Assembly (NCBI GenBank): GCA_965644265.1
Contig: OZ286468.1
Location: 54,126,001 to 54,190,000 of the forward strand
DNA length: 64,000 nt
Source of the DNA: Glycera tridactyla
Lineage: Eukaryota
Direction: 5' to 3'
This document shows, in pieces, positions 37,951 through 52,159 of the stretch (position 1 is its first letter; every line of letters begins with the position of its first letter). Below the pieces are notes generated by a model. That model was not told where the DNA came from. It searched no databases and was given only the letters and a program-made list of their open reading frames with translations. The position numbers and the translations under genes are program-made.

Positions 37951-40900
37951 GTAAGTTGCAAGATATGCTGTGTTCATCTATAATGAATTTCTGGTCTGGA
38001 ATTTTCATTTACATTAGACATAATTACTTGTTGATCAATCAGTTGTGGGTAATTTTGCCCAACTGCATCCAAGAACAAATGTATTTTTGAAATATGAGGA
38101 TAACTTCAAATATCTGATTAGTGTCATACTAGCAGAATTAAAATCATGCCCCAAAAGTCACTTCATGCTCATATGCCCTGTCCGGAACTGTCCCTGCTCA
38201 TGAGATTTAATGTTCCTTGCTATATTATTACAAGGCTGGACTATTATTACCTAGTTTTTCATCATAACAATGTGAATTCTTTTACCAGCAAATGATTGTT
38301 ACGGAAATTTGTCTCAATCGTGATCTTCATTTTGTGCACATAATTCTTTGTCTTGGGATTAAGATTAATTGTGCAGATCATTGAGTTACTTTATCTCCTG
38401 TAATATCAAATGAACTACAGCAACATCAGGGACAGGTTCAGCTCATCAGAAATTGTAGCAAATTGATAATCTTGCGTTTGGCTCATGACCTTGTTGTCAA
38501 TGATCTGGGGACATACTCGATAGCTTACATTTGCCTGTTGATGACATCACCCCAATCACTTTCCTTGGCCGGCGATAATGCTGCTTTCTGAAATGGCAAG
38601 TTCGCTATAATTTTACGCAAACACCGAAATGCCTGCGCTGGACTGACAAGATTGCGACAATTTTGCAGCAGCTGAATTTGTCTCAGACAAATGAGACTCA
38701 TTGACATTACTGAAAGGAGGTTTATGCCAAACTCCTAATTGAAAAAAATGACACTTAAATGATTTATGGATATAGACTATTGAGATTTCGAATAATAAAA
38801 ACGAAAATAACAATTGGGTGTATTGCTTGGAATTATCCCAATTATCGTTCCTGTCAATTTATCAGGATTTCACTTCTGGCATTTGTGAATTTGATATCCT
38901 GTCTGAGGTATTTGAACATCTTATAAGTTAGAAAATGGCATACTAGAATTCTGGATGACCTTTCTCATTATATGCTTCTTTAAATTTGTTATTAAGCGAA
39001 ATGGAGTAGTGTGGAGTTTGATGGTAGTAAGTAAAGAATATGCAGTTTGTATGAATTCCACACCAAGCCACTGCTGAGGCACAGAGTGAAATAGGCACCT
39101 TCATCATATTGTTGATCAATTGTGGGATTTAACACAATTTTCATCACACATACACTGCCAGTTGCTGGGGATTTTCATCAGAGGCAGCATGCTTCGTTGC
39201 ATGTGCAAACAATTGGATAAGATTCCTGTATTGCAAATGGTGATTTATGGAAGTTGGAGCTATTTCACTTCACATCGAGACATGGCTTATGCATGATATA
39301 TGTATATCAGAAATGTGATTGGCTGTGTACTAGATCTGACCTAGTTTCACTCTTACCGAATAAGGTCAGATAGAGATAGATACAGAATGTATGCATGGTC
39401 GCAGTGAAACGAATTTACCGTACTTATATTTAGAATGGATAGAAGTAGTAACTCAGATCAAAAATGTGCTGTACGATTGAATAGAATATTGTGATATGTT
39501 TGAAATGGATGCATCAATCGCAGCTGTAGCCTTTCAGTCATTCACAAGATAGATAGGGAATGTCTTCATCTTCATCTTCTCCATAATATATGTGTATGGA
39601 AAGATTGAATACTTACATATTTCACAAGATGGAATGGAGCCATTTTCAATGGTCTCTTTGGGCTTTGGGTTTGGCCATTGAAGAATAAATCCTTCAAAAT
39701 TATCCTACCTGCTCTTTGGTTACTTCATGTGTTTATATTGCATCAATTACGTTGAGACTTCGCATACATGTCATCATAGAACAAGTCCAAAACGATTCAA
39801 ATTTCATTATATTGTGAGGGCAGGATAGGGGGCTTGCTTTGCATTTATTTATTCTTTACTGTCTTGTCAATCTTTATTTCATATTTATTTCATCTTGTTC
39901 TTTATTCGCCACTTCGAATATGCTGGCTTATGAGTGAAGTGCATTATGGATTATCACAGATTATAGTGAAATATGCAGTATAGTACAGAATATCCTGATA
40001 CAACCTCAGCTTGAAAGAAGCACCAAGGATAGGTATTCACCTGATTGGACGAATGCTTAAAGATATTTTCTGTTCTCATGTTGCTCACACAGGAGAATTT
40101 TCAACAGGTCAGAATCTATTCATAGCAGTTCATCATGCTATTTATAAACAGGAGTTTATTTATCATATGAAGTGAAATGTTAAATTCTTAATCCTTGAAC
40201 AGTGTCTCATCTGGCTTTTCACCAGATGATCGATCATTTGTATTCTGGTCTTGCTTAGATGTGATATCACAGTACAAATATCACAGGAACAAAATCAGAT
40301 GTTTCGGAACCCAACGAAATGTTTGGGGTGATCAGATCTGAATGCCTCAATATTAAATGATGAGGAAAACAGATTGAGAACCATCTGTTGTGTGTGGTGA
40401 ACAAAATGTGATGTGGAACAGTGTGTAGAGGCTGCTGTATCTATTGTTACACGTTCATGTTTGAGATGGTGTTTAGTTCATATTCCGTCACAGGTTGATG
40501 TGGACCCAGTTTCTGTTTTGTTATTTAATGTGTCTTCTCGTGGTGATGAGTGTGTTGACTGGGTGGGGATCGGTACTTCAACAATTCCCCGATCAAATCG
40601 ATTATTGCTTTGTTGAGAGGTCCAATACAATTGAATGATTGCCCAGATAGGCAATCAATCTAATATTCGAGGTTTTTGAGTACTCATGTAGAATAAGAAT
40701 AAAATCTCCTCAGCATACATTTGTTATCTCACAAACCCCCTAATTTGAAGCTGACTATTTCAGCATGCACTCAAAGTAAAACAATAGCGAATGTATGACT
40801 GTAATGGTCAGTAGAGGAAGATTATTGGAAGCCCAACATACCGCTATACAATGAGAATGATAATGGTGATGATGATGATGATGCGTGGCATCAAATAGCA

Positions 40901-41472
40901 CCATATCATCAGGGGCGACTTCTGCTCAAAGGCGCTTGCTTGTTTGGCTATCTAACTGAAAAAGTCTATCTCAGCTCATTCATATGCCTTCCTGAAAAGA
41001 TCTCCAGACATATATTTCTGGCAGACTGAGATGTGTAGGGCATTCCAGAGAGTAGATGCTGCTGTTTATAATATTCGGTCCAGGTATGATCTCAGTTAAG
41101 GCTTTGGAGGCAGTTCTGGGATGATGGCTCGATGGGATCTTGTACACATTTGTGATTGCAATTGAACCACACTGGAACTGAGCCCTGTTGCTGGAATCCA
41201 TTTTAGTGAGTGATTTTAGCAAAATGAAAACAATTCTAGCAATTCAGAAAACACTGTAGACACTCAGATAACATTTCATTGACTCAGTGAATTTATTGAA
41301 ATTAATTGCAATATCATGCCAAATCATTTCCTACTGCATTTTTTCTACCGAAATGGGTGGAATTACAGATAATTATCTACAAATAACGCCACCAACAGTA
41401 TGTTTGTGCCACCATGTGCCATTAGTAAATCAAATGTTTCTTTAGCATTTACCTCCACTGATTAGCTATGCC

Positions 41473-41661
41473 CCTATTCGACTGGTCGGTTTTGTTGAGT
41501 ACAGCTGGTTCGTTATGAATGTTTTGTATTCAGATGGTGCCTAAAGCTCTTTTGCGTACATTCTCAACAGTCATTTGACTACGTTGACTATTCGGGTGAG
41601 CTACAACCGTTAAGTGCATTTCCGTCATCGCACACTCAACGAAACCAACCAGTCGAATAGG
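41473..41661. mobile_element. MITE with about 28-bp TIRs (separate family)
   Basis: cctattcgactggtcggttttgttgagt ... actcaacgaaaccaaccagtcgaatagg (26/28 complementary); non-coding interior. Confidence 0.8.
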
Positions 41662-44600
41662 CCTAATCTTAAATGACTAAAATGCTAATCTATAGAGGGG
41701 AACCCTGTCATGTGGCATTCTACCTGGACCTTGCTGTGTTAGCAGTTAGGCCGTGCATGCATTAGACCTCGAATCATCTGAATGTTGCACCTTCGTGTAC
41801 TACAGGGATATGTGTTGTGAAGCCCTGAGTTGATGGATACCTTAAACTGCGGCCATCTTTCCTCAGACTACACCATCAGTTGTTGCTTGGTACAGATTGT
41901 GTGTGACTGTATGAATCTTGATTTGTTTTGTTTGTATGAATTTCGTGCCTAAAAATGCATCTAATCTTGGTTGAAATTGTAGCTGAATAGCATTAGATTG
42001 CTCATTCTCATGTCCACCATAGCTAATCTTCCATTATATGTTATACCAGCACCATATCGGACATCATCCAGTTTTAGTTCTAGTGAGCCACCCTTATTGG
42101 ACATGCATTCTGGTACCATGAGTGACAAATACACATCCACCTCTTGAATTGATTGCAGTTGAACCCCTGCTCTGAAAGTTGAAAGTGGACCCTTACATAA
42201 CCGATAGATCTGTTAGCCCTGTCTGGTAAATCTGTGTATTCGTATCTCACATTGTCCAAGTTGTGGGTGGCTTCCCATGGAAACCTGAAAATTGGCCTCT
42301 CTCAGAATGGTCGGAATGTTGTGAAAGTATGGGTGATGGACCGGTGGGCTGATATTCCATTCATAAGGATACCTTCCCCAGACATAACTTTATCACTGCC
42401 AGGGGCATGCTGTAGCAGAGGGGGAAGATTGATACAGTGAAATCCTACCAGAGCTATGCAATAATTCTTCAGTTCCATTAGGATTACAATTAAATGTAGA
42501 AATATACCATTGCTCCTGGTACTAGAATAATGCTCCCAAGTGTAACATGGGACTTAGAAATAGGAGGCATGTGTAGTGATATGATATGATATTTTTTATT
42601 TCGCTTGCGGTTGACGGTCAGCACAGAGGTCCGCATTCAATCCATCTTGAGGTTCTCACAATATTTATACAACACACAATTCAGTAGTCACAGTAAACAT
42701 TATGGTGGGCAGCATATGAGTATGTACTGTATAGTGCAAAAGACGTGATATGAGTGACTACCCAAAGTGACCAACATATGATTGCAAAATCCTACAACTT
42801 TGTCATAATAGTGAAGCACTCTGGAACAACTATACATGTGAATTGTCAGCTAGTACATGTCGGATAATCCAGGCTTTTGTATCACAGTAATGCATATGCC
42901 ATATCATACCTGATATGTGGGCGTGTATGTCTGCAAGCAAAAATTTAAAAAGCAGATCAAAATATCATCACTGAAGAATTGATTCTATCAGGCACCCCTT
43001 GAGCCATATTCGGCATGCACCAGCATTTAGGTCAGCTATTTCTTTGTTGTTGTTCCAGCATTTGTGTGGACTCAACTGGATAGTGGATCAGGTACTAGTC
43101 AATCTCATTTTGGATTGAATTGTTTGAATTGTGTCCTGGAAGATGAATAATAATTCTGCATTGGTCTTTTCAAATTGTTTTCTGGGTATTATAATTTCTG
43201 ATATTCAAGCATTACAATTTCTGCACGATAATAATTTTGTGAATTTTGCAGCATCGCTGTCTATTTCTCTGGTATATACCCAATTCTCATTGAACAATTC
43301 ATTGTGCTGCACAATGAGTTGTTGAGTACAAGCAGGTGTCTTGCATTCATAAATAGATATTCACCTGTCAAAATTTGAAATTAGTTCTCCAATGGAAAAT
43401 ACTTGTACTTTATCAGACTTTGGCAAATATTACTTGTATTGCACATCCCCACCAAGGTATTTCAAATACAAATGTGGCAGGACTGTTTCACAAGCTAAAT
43501 TCCCATTTTGTCTTTAATCTGAGTTTTGATGGCACAGATGTATTGCATTGGTCTTCCAGTGAATGATGAACCTGGTTTTGGTTAGTTTGTATGTTTTTCA
43601 AGTGGATGCATTACTGCATTTTGGCTACGAATCTGCTGGCATTATTGGCTGGTGTTCCATATGTGAAACAATGAAGATACGCCTGTCACACTAGTCATGA
43701 AACCAGCGTTAAATTGACATATTTGGCATGTGTTGCTTTTGTAATCTATTTAGATGGAATTTGGTATTTCTGTTGGCATGGATTTCAATGAATCTTATTT
43801 TCTTCAATATTCAGATCATATTTTCAGAGATTGTATACTTCATCATACCAATCCAAATGTCATTCATCTTCTGTGACAGCGATTTCCATTACCTGCCTTT
43901 TCACCATTATTTTGATAATTTGGCGTATTAACTACTAGGGATCCAGTCTTCCCAGAAGCTGAAGTTCTCTGGTTTTCTTACTTCCCTAATCTATTAATAA
44001 TAAATGTGAATAAAACCCAACATTACTGATCATCCTGATATAACCTAAGGTGGTTGAAAGGACGTCAAACAGCCCCAGAGTCATCCCTGATATTGATATT
44101 TACCCCACCCATCAGCTTGATATGTCAGGGAACCAGCATATATGATCGGAATGAATTCTCCAAATTTATAGATTTGTTAGTAATTCAGCATGAACACAAC
44201 ATATCTCTGGACCAGGAAAGGTATGGTCCCATCCCCAGCTGGGGTGGGCATCAACCCTGCTTTTTTCAGAGGACCATGTGACTACATAGGGGGTGCCATT
44301 TCGTGGCAAGTTATGATTGTCTATGCCAACGCTATGACAACCGTCTTAACTTAAGACGTTGTATGTCCATGTTCAATGTTTGTTGGTGTATGGTGATGTT
44401 TGGATTGGATAGGGTTCAGGTCCCTAGTCCAACAGACTTGACTGGCCTGCCAGGTTCCTCTCTACAGTGGTGTGAAAATTGAAGTGGCCAAAACCCTGAC
44501 CTGGTTTTTGCACTCATGACCTGTCCTAATTCACCAATCCCTCCTCTGTGTCCCTTTGAGTGATACTTGTACCAGTTCGTCAGCGCAACGTTTCATGGAA

Positions 44601-47600
44601 TTATGCATTGTCTCAAGACAGTGGATGGCATACGTCAATCCATGGCCAGAGGGTGAGCAAGCGAAGGTTTGACATGCAAATTATTGGATAAATCCTATCA
44701 AGATCAGATTAGGTCATGTCATGTCATGTCGTAGTATTCAAGATGTCGAGGATCAATCAGCCAGTCTCTCAATTGGTGAAAATGTGATCTGTTTGTAAAT
44801 TTCATCACTGTCAGGAAATGGTTACCATAATATGAGGGCGTGGTTTAGGAGATTTGAATATTCTATTAGGTACAATTGCATAAGGATCTGACTCCAACTC
44901 TGACTCTGGGATGTCCTTGGGATATCTGTGTGCCAACCTGCATCCAGTGATTATTGAGCTCTTCACCACAATTAGAATTTCTAAAGGAGAAATCTAAATG
45001 ATGAATGAAGAATGTGTGTCATGTAAGGACTTTGGTTGTTTCAGTATATTGGTTATTTCTGTATATAAATGATATCAATTATGTGACTTTTGAAGCATGC
45101 AAAATATGTCCAATCCCATCAGTGTGAGCTGCATCCACTTGCATTTTGATCGAATCAGGCCAGGAAAAAATTAGTTCAGTAATTTGTTTGTTTGTTTGTT
45201 TGTTTGTTTGAGGCTTAACAGCATGTATCAACCCACAGGATTATGTATGCTGTGTGTTCCTGGTTAATGAAAGCTAGATGGTCTCTCCCCTGCAGACATC
45301 ACTCTCACAAATCCTGAACACAAGATGATGGGGAACGTGAAAGGTTGTCAAGTGGAAGTAGCTGATTTAGTTCTGTAATAATTATGATGATAATGATAGT
45401 ATGATAATAGTTATTCATATAGCGCCAATATCCATAACATGTTCAAAGGCGCTTCACAAGTCAAAATATACAAACTCCACATGTCTACAAGACACCATGA
45501 TACAATATAATTATTGACAATCATAGACAATACCTTATTTCATTCCTGAATATAGAAAGTGTACAATAACTGTGTCTCATGATTATATCCGAATATTTCT
45601 TATATTGGCCCAATTTGTCTGAATGAAATTCCGGCAAATTGATCGGAATTTTTCGATAATTGTTCTGACTGGCATCAGGTGAATTTGGATAAGTGTTCCC
45701 AAGGCACATCCACACACACACATGCACACGTATGCACACACTCACTCACACACATGATTATTTGGACATGTGTTCATACAGAAGGATGATGGCCTTCATT
45801 TGTGGATCCATATGCATACCCATTGTGTCTGTGTCTTTACTTGCATGAGCATGTTGGTCCATACCCCTGTCATGTAATTTTGATTCTGTTCTGTGTATTT
45901 TGTTATCCATTTATTTGGTCTTCAACAAAGAGAGAAATCCAGCAAGGAAGTGCAGCAAATACTTTTGCTGTACCATCGTTCGGCTCACTGAGTGACACTG
46001 GCCAATCAATAGATCTGTCAATCAGTCAACCATTCAATTGACAAATTACAAACCAATCAGTCAGTGGCCTAATGAGCCAAGCACTGACTCTTCTTCGCCA
46101 AAATTACATTGATAGGTCACATGTGATCAACAAACGATCGAACGTCTCAAACTTGTCGAGACTTAGTTACAACTTTTGTTGTTAAACATCTGTACAGGAA
46201 ATGACTACGAGTGGCTATCCTACTGACTGATATCAGGGATCATTTTCTCTCTATGACTTAGATAGAACTTTGATTAAAACTTTGAAACTCAGATTATGTG
46301 AAATTATATCAGTTTCAGCCATATGATATTGGTCATTCATTTGTCTTTCGTTCTGGGTTGTTATTATTTCAGTTCAGTACTAGCGATGATCTTGCTTGTA
46401 TTTTGTTACTGGAACAAATTATTTTGACATTACAATCAGTTTATTACATTTCTGTTGAAGGCAATGCTGAATCATTTGAATTGCCTGAAATCCCCCATAT
46501 ACTTTTTTTGCCACCACCTTTGTTTGAGTAGATTGGGGAAATTAACATCGTGGACTTGCCCATCATGACATGTGAATGGTATATACAGTAGTAGGAGTAT
46601 GAAAAGAATCATGTATTGTTCCATATTTGCATCAAGTGGAAGAGATATACTCCTTGTTGCTTGGGCAGTTTCATGTACTGAAACCAAATCAATTAGATAG
46701 GAAGGCTTTAATACCTGATACTCCACATGTGAATAGTCAAATTTCAATATATTCATTTAGATCTGTTGAAAGCACTTTCATGAAGAGAATATCTAACTTC
46801 TGGTAGTTTATAATCCAGTCAAGTACCTCATGTATTCAGGCATATTGGTGACAAGGGAATCCAATATATTGATGTCTGAAATAGTAATACCTGGCAATAT
46901 ATAGTTTATTATAACTGGCTTGATAAAACATCCATTTGCATGTCAGCCCTGCATTGACAGTGCTTGTAATGTTGATCATGAACAAAATGATAGGTGACTA
47001 CGCTGTTGCGGATAGCTTGATGTGGAGAAATAAATGTGTAGTAAAAACGCAGTATGATATGATCTGACTACAGACGTAAACATCACGGTATCTGTGTCAT
47101 CCAACCTGTGACTAACCACATGGATGTATATGTTCATGCTCATCAACTACCGTAGCTCATACTAACTTGATATAACAGGTGTCATGATTGCTTGCAAAGG
47201 AGTAGCATGTGTGATTGATGTCAATGATTATGCACAATGTGTGCAGGCATGTGATATTCCTGCGCATCCAAAGATTTCCATGTTCTAGCCACAAATGCAG
47301 CAATGCGTTCTTCTAACAGAAGAGGCATTTCATGCTGATTATTTTGGATTTCAGATCATGTAAATCAGATCAGAATAAGCGAATATAGAGCACAAAGTTT
47401 GTATTGGCTTATTGTAGCCACCATTTAGCAGTTATTGGGATTTGTTGGCCTACATTTGAGAAGTTCTCACATCCTGGCTTGGCGAACAATTATCCATTGT
47501 GTACATGCACTAAGTATATCATGTAATATAGCTTGTTCTTGATATGAAGTGCTGCTGCTTGAGCATTCATGACAAGCACTAACATCGGTGTTGTATATGG

Positions 47601-49179
47601 GTGCTGCAATTTGTTCGTAGGGTTTTTCTGTCGTACATTAGCATAAAATTTTGCTTTTTCCAGGGAAATGTACTATTCTTAGAATGGGCAATATATGTTT
47701 TTCAGGTACACTATGTGGAATGCTTGGCATGATTCTCCCTCCTTGGTCCCTAGACACTTGATGTGTCTTCTTTGGCTGATTTTACTAGAAAGCTTTCGAA
47801 AGCATATCTGACAGAAAATCTAAACTGCATGAATTGTCTTCACCTCTAAAGGCCCGCTTCCTGAATGGGCAGTGCAATTGGCTTACTTTTCCCCCCAACA
47901 GTCACATCAGTGTGCTATGTAACCAGTCTGAAGTGACTCATTCCTATGAAGAGTGACCCATCAATATCAGCACTGATTTACCTTACCAATTGTATTTCAT
48001 CACAGCACACCAACCGTTATGACTACACTATTGAGATGACCTTTTTGAAGAGACTTATTATTTTTCAGCCAATAATGTATTAACACGGTTATCAATATGG
48101 CTTATTTGCAGTGAGTGACTTTCATGGTTGTATGTGCCCATGATGTGAACTAAGAGTCGCTTCTGCTTCTGTATTTTGGCCCCTGCTGGAATTTTATGAG
48201 ATGCACTCTATTTCAGCTCAGTTCCTCAAGATATTTACTTCTGTTAGGTTGATTGTGGCTGATGCTGGTACTGGAATGTCGTCCGTTTATCAATGTGTGG
48301 GGAAACTTCAATTCTCGTGTCTATTCATTCCTGTTCCATGTTGTTGCTATGCAATTTCATATAAACCAGAACATTCATTAGACATTCAATCTTAGGATCA
48401 CATAGCTTATATGTGGCTTCTCACGATGATAAGTTGCAATTGCAGACCCTCTGCAGTATTTTACAATTGTATACCGTCTCCGAAATCCATGAATTGCTAT
48501 GGACACAGGGCCCTCCCGTGTGTCTTTTCTGTACTTATGTGCCAGCTCAGTTGGCGGTTGTCTGTTTGACACTTCAAGATGAACCTTTCTTATTAGGTAG
48601 ATCTGTGGGTGGGATGTTGAGTAACAGTAAGATGGATTTGGGGCATGAGTGGGATGGTAGTCAGATCATGTGGGTGAATTGTAGATTGAATGGACGGGTT
48701 GGTGAGTAGAATTGAGTTGGGTCAATGGGTATGGTGACTGATAAATCAACTGCCATCTCATAGTTGAAATATGTAATATAGTTTAAATATTCACATGGGG
48801 ATGCCAGGCAATTTGGAACTGTCATCTATCATCAGGAATGGGAGTAGATTGTGTTATTCTCAGTTCATGGTTGAATCAATGTCTCCTGTCATCTTAACTT
48901 CATTACCAATTCACGGCAATTGTAGTTTGGTGAGACTACATGGAACCACTACTATAAACAAACGCCTCTGAACAGCAGAATTTCACTTTATTACTTGACT
49001 CATTTTCATGCGAATCAATAATCTTTTGAGAAAGCTTTTGTCATGATGAGTTTTGGATGAGCAGACCCGAAATATAGTCATCCGCATCATGTTACTCTGT
49101 AATGAATCAACAAATTTGCAAATATACACATGTTTTTGGTGACCAGTACCATCATTACTTGTGAACCTCATGGAATCAG

Positions 49180-49490
49180 GAAAATGAACAGGAGATTGTT
49201 GAATACAGAGAGTGCATGGCAGAGGTCCCGAAAAGACTGCTGCGGCACTTCATTGTTAATAATCATTGGTGCTGGTTGCCACTCCTGACTTCACTCATAC
49301 AAGCATGATCACAGAGGTACATTATCAAGATCACAATTTTGTTACTAAACATGTAAGAATTTATCTCATGGAGCAGGGTATTGTGGTCAACAGCATCGAA
49401 GGCTTTATGCAAATCAAGGAAGAGCACTTCAACTTGACCTCTCGGGACAGTGTGTGGAGAAATTTTATCGCGTGACTGGAAGTGCATTGA
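49180..49490 (-). pseudogene. Degraded non-LTR retrotransposon RT fragment (CR1/L2-like)
   Basis: ORF 49263-49487 contains VLFLDLHKAFDAVDHNTLL (FLDLSKAFDTVDH motif); a frameshifted VPQ-S--GP relic follows. Confidence 0.8.
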
Positions 49491-50848
49491 CAGGGATTTG
49501 CATTTTCTGATTCCAACTTTTTTTGCCTAGTGAATTATGATTTCATTAAAATGTGTGCTTTTGTCACACGGCAGTCTTTTGATTTTAAGCTTATCATAAC
49601 CAGTGTAGTATCCTTGATTTTCGACACTTTTTTTTCAAATGCTGAGAATATTTCTCAACTCATCATAACCAACAATGTGATTCACTGGATGAATTATTTG
49701 AAATTCTTAGAGAGCTGCACCAGTATATCTTGAGTTACTGCTTCTGCGCGGTGGTGGAAAGATGTCAAAGCAGCATGAATATGTGGAGTATGATAGAAAA
49801 GCGATGTGATGAAGGAAGAGAACAGTAAAGCTAATAGGGAGCGCCTAGTTACAACTATGCTTGTGCGCTCCATTTTGCTCAATGTTAGCCATCGTAGTGA
49901 CTCATGTGCACTTTTCTTTGAAGCTATGCTTACTCATACATACTGACATGTAGCTTTTTGTTTCATTTTGTTTATTTTACAATGAAAATTGAAACACCCA
50001 TATTAAAGAGGCCATACCAGAGACAACTTGATCACATTTCCAGGGTTGATATGGTATACTGAATGAAAATGCAATCAAAGATAAATGCTGGCAGTTTGCT
50101 GCTGTGGAACACTATCTCAGGAACTGTCCTTTGATGGAGAGCACATTTTCCACCACTTGCATATACAGTCAACAAGGGCACAGATTTGCGATTTAGTTCT
50201 TATATCATTGCAAATCAATGACATTAGATCTTTACCACCTATGGGTAGGAGGAATCTATGATTCCGAGCACTTATCCTGCAAAATGTAGAAATTGTTCTT
50301 GAACCAGATGGAATTTAATTCGTCTCTGTCTCTTGAGAAATCAGTATGAGATTCCTTTGCTCAGGGATCTTTGTACCAATTGACAGGCGCTTGAAGTATC
50401 TTTCAAAAATGGGGATATTTTTCTTGACTTCTGGTAGTTTTATATAATTACATACTAGGGACAAATCGCTGTTTTCATTTTTGAGCAGTTTGTCTGGTTG
50501 CCATGTATGCAGTGGTAGAAGCTTCATTGAAACCAGTCTATCTCATGAAACGTCTCCTTTCATCATGATATTTCCATTCCTATATTGTGCCCTTTCAAAT
50601 TGTATTACTTAGGAAAGTAGGTCATATATATTAGAGCAAGTGCTCTATACCATGAAGGATAAAATGATCCGTTTTGAATCAATTGAATATTCAGTACTTT
50701 TGGATGAATGGGAACAATTGACATCCTGTTCACATGGAACATTACCGAAGTTATCCATGTACAAGATTGTGTTTTGGATTTGAAGTTACATATCGATTGA
50801 AGTATATATATGACTCCAACACTGACATTTTTTACCTTATTCTATTAG

Positions 50849-50923
50849 GTTGTAATTCTCATAGACCCAGAAAGCGAAGAAAGTAATAGGCAAAATCTAC
50901 CCACCGCGATGTTTGCTGAAAAG
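50849..50923 (+). CDS. KCNT: Candidate KCNT exon 18 (C-terminal tail)
   Basis: actgac branch-like motif, tttttaccttattctattag| ... aag|gtgtgc; 25 sense codons VVILIDPESEESNRQNLPTAMFAEK; phase 0-0; weak resemblance to vertebrate SQISVNVEDCED. Confidence 0.55.
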
Positions 50924-51344
50924 GTGTGCATTCTTATCCCCAGCTGTATTTGATCATAGCTATGATGCTGATACAATCAGGATTAAACCAGCGCTCAATG
51001 GTTAAAGAAGATTCCAGTGGTTGAAAGGTAGCATGGAGGGTTCTGGCTATCAGCTTGTCACCTCATTTGAGTTTGATTGATTGATTGATTGAGTATTGTC
51101 TGATTCCCATGTGAATAGCATGAGAATGAAATCGACAAAGAGACTTCTTCTACATCCCGTAGAGAAGCCAATAATTCGTAATTGGATTGCATCATCAGGG
51201 GCACATTGTTCTCGATGGAAAGCATTGTTGATTGGTTGAATTTGTTTCGATGGAAGAGATTGGTCGATCGGTAAGAGACACTGAGTGGCTGTAATAGTTG
51301 ACCTGATGTATGTGTCGCATGTACTGTTTTTTTTCTTTTTTAAG

Positions 51345-51416
51345 TTTCTGCACTTTCAATCGCGTAAATCCTTACGCCGTAGAACGATGCGAAGCAAAAC
51401 CCATCCATCCAGTTAT
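51345..51416 (+). CDS. KCNT: Candidate KCNT exon 19 (C-terminal tail)
   Basis: long T tract then taag| ... tat|gtgagt; 24 codons FLHFQSRKSLRRRTMRSKTHPSSY; phase 0-0; RKSL recalls vertebrate HPLLRRKSLQWARR; CpG-rich like the true exons. Confidence 0.65.
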
Positions 51417-52008
51417 GTGAGTACCATGGAATGCGGATGTATATATATATATATACATATTCATACTTACACACTTCTCGTGATTTTTCTCATTTCTCTA
51501 TCTCATGCTCATCTTTGACTTCTTTCCTCCCCAAGCTTACGATGGAATGAAGTTGTTTCAGATCTCAACATAATCCAGTTGTCTATGTATCTTCTTTTTA
51601 CTTGCAGTTCCTTTCTGACTTGCCCATAAACCATTTCTGTACTGCACTACCTACTTGGTTATCCCATCATCAGTGAAGATTACTGTCACATACACTAACT
51701 GACCTTACAAAATTTACATGCTGGCTTTCAATTTGATGACAAATAAAACGAGGTGACAGTAATTCTTCCCTAGAAAGTTTAAATTACTCAAACCCTATTC
51801 AATGAAACTAATTGTACTAACAAAATTGATATCGATTGTAAAACGCATTTGCCAGATCCAAACTTGACATTATCCAAAATTCTGGAACTGCCAATACCTG
51901 ATTTCAATGTCACCATACTGAGCTGTGTGGGGCGATTTGTTTGATCAATAATACCTGTATCATTCTATGTGAGAACATATGAGAAATATATTATGTTCTT
52001 GATGGACG

Positions 52009-52159
52009 AAAATTAATCTACTTTGGAATGATTTGTTGAGACTTTTTACCACATTTCGACCACTTTTAAGCGGTCTTTATCATATTGATCCATCATTTGA
52101 TCAAGACTTTTTGTAGAGTGGTCGAAACATTGACAAATCGTCCCAAGTAGGTTAATTTT
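52009..52159. repeat. Imperfect inverted repeat element
   Basis: aaaattaatctactttggaatgatttgt...tttcgaccact pairs with agtggtcgaaa...acaaatcgtcccaagtaggttaatttt. Confidence 0.7.

Noticed and set aside
43059-43091. 33-nt phase-0 exon candidate HLCGLNWIVDQ
   Set aside because: Weak donor (GTACTA), no homology and no CpG signal; expected by chance
45296-45343. 48-nt exon candidate
   Set aside because: In-frame TGA in the required phase 0
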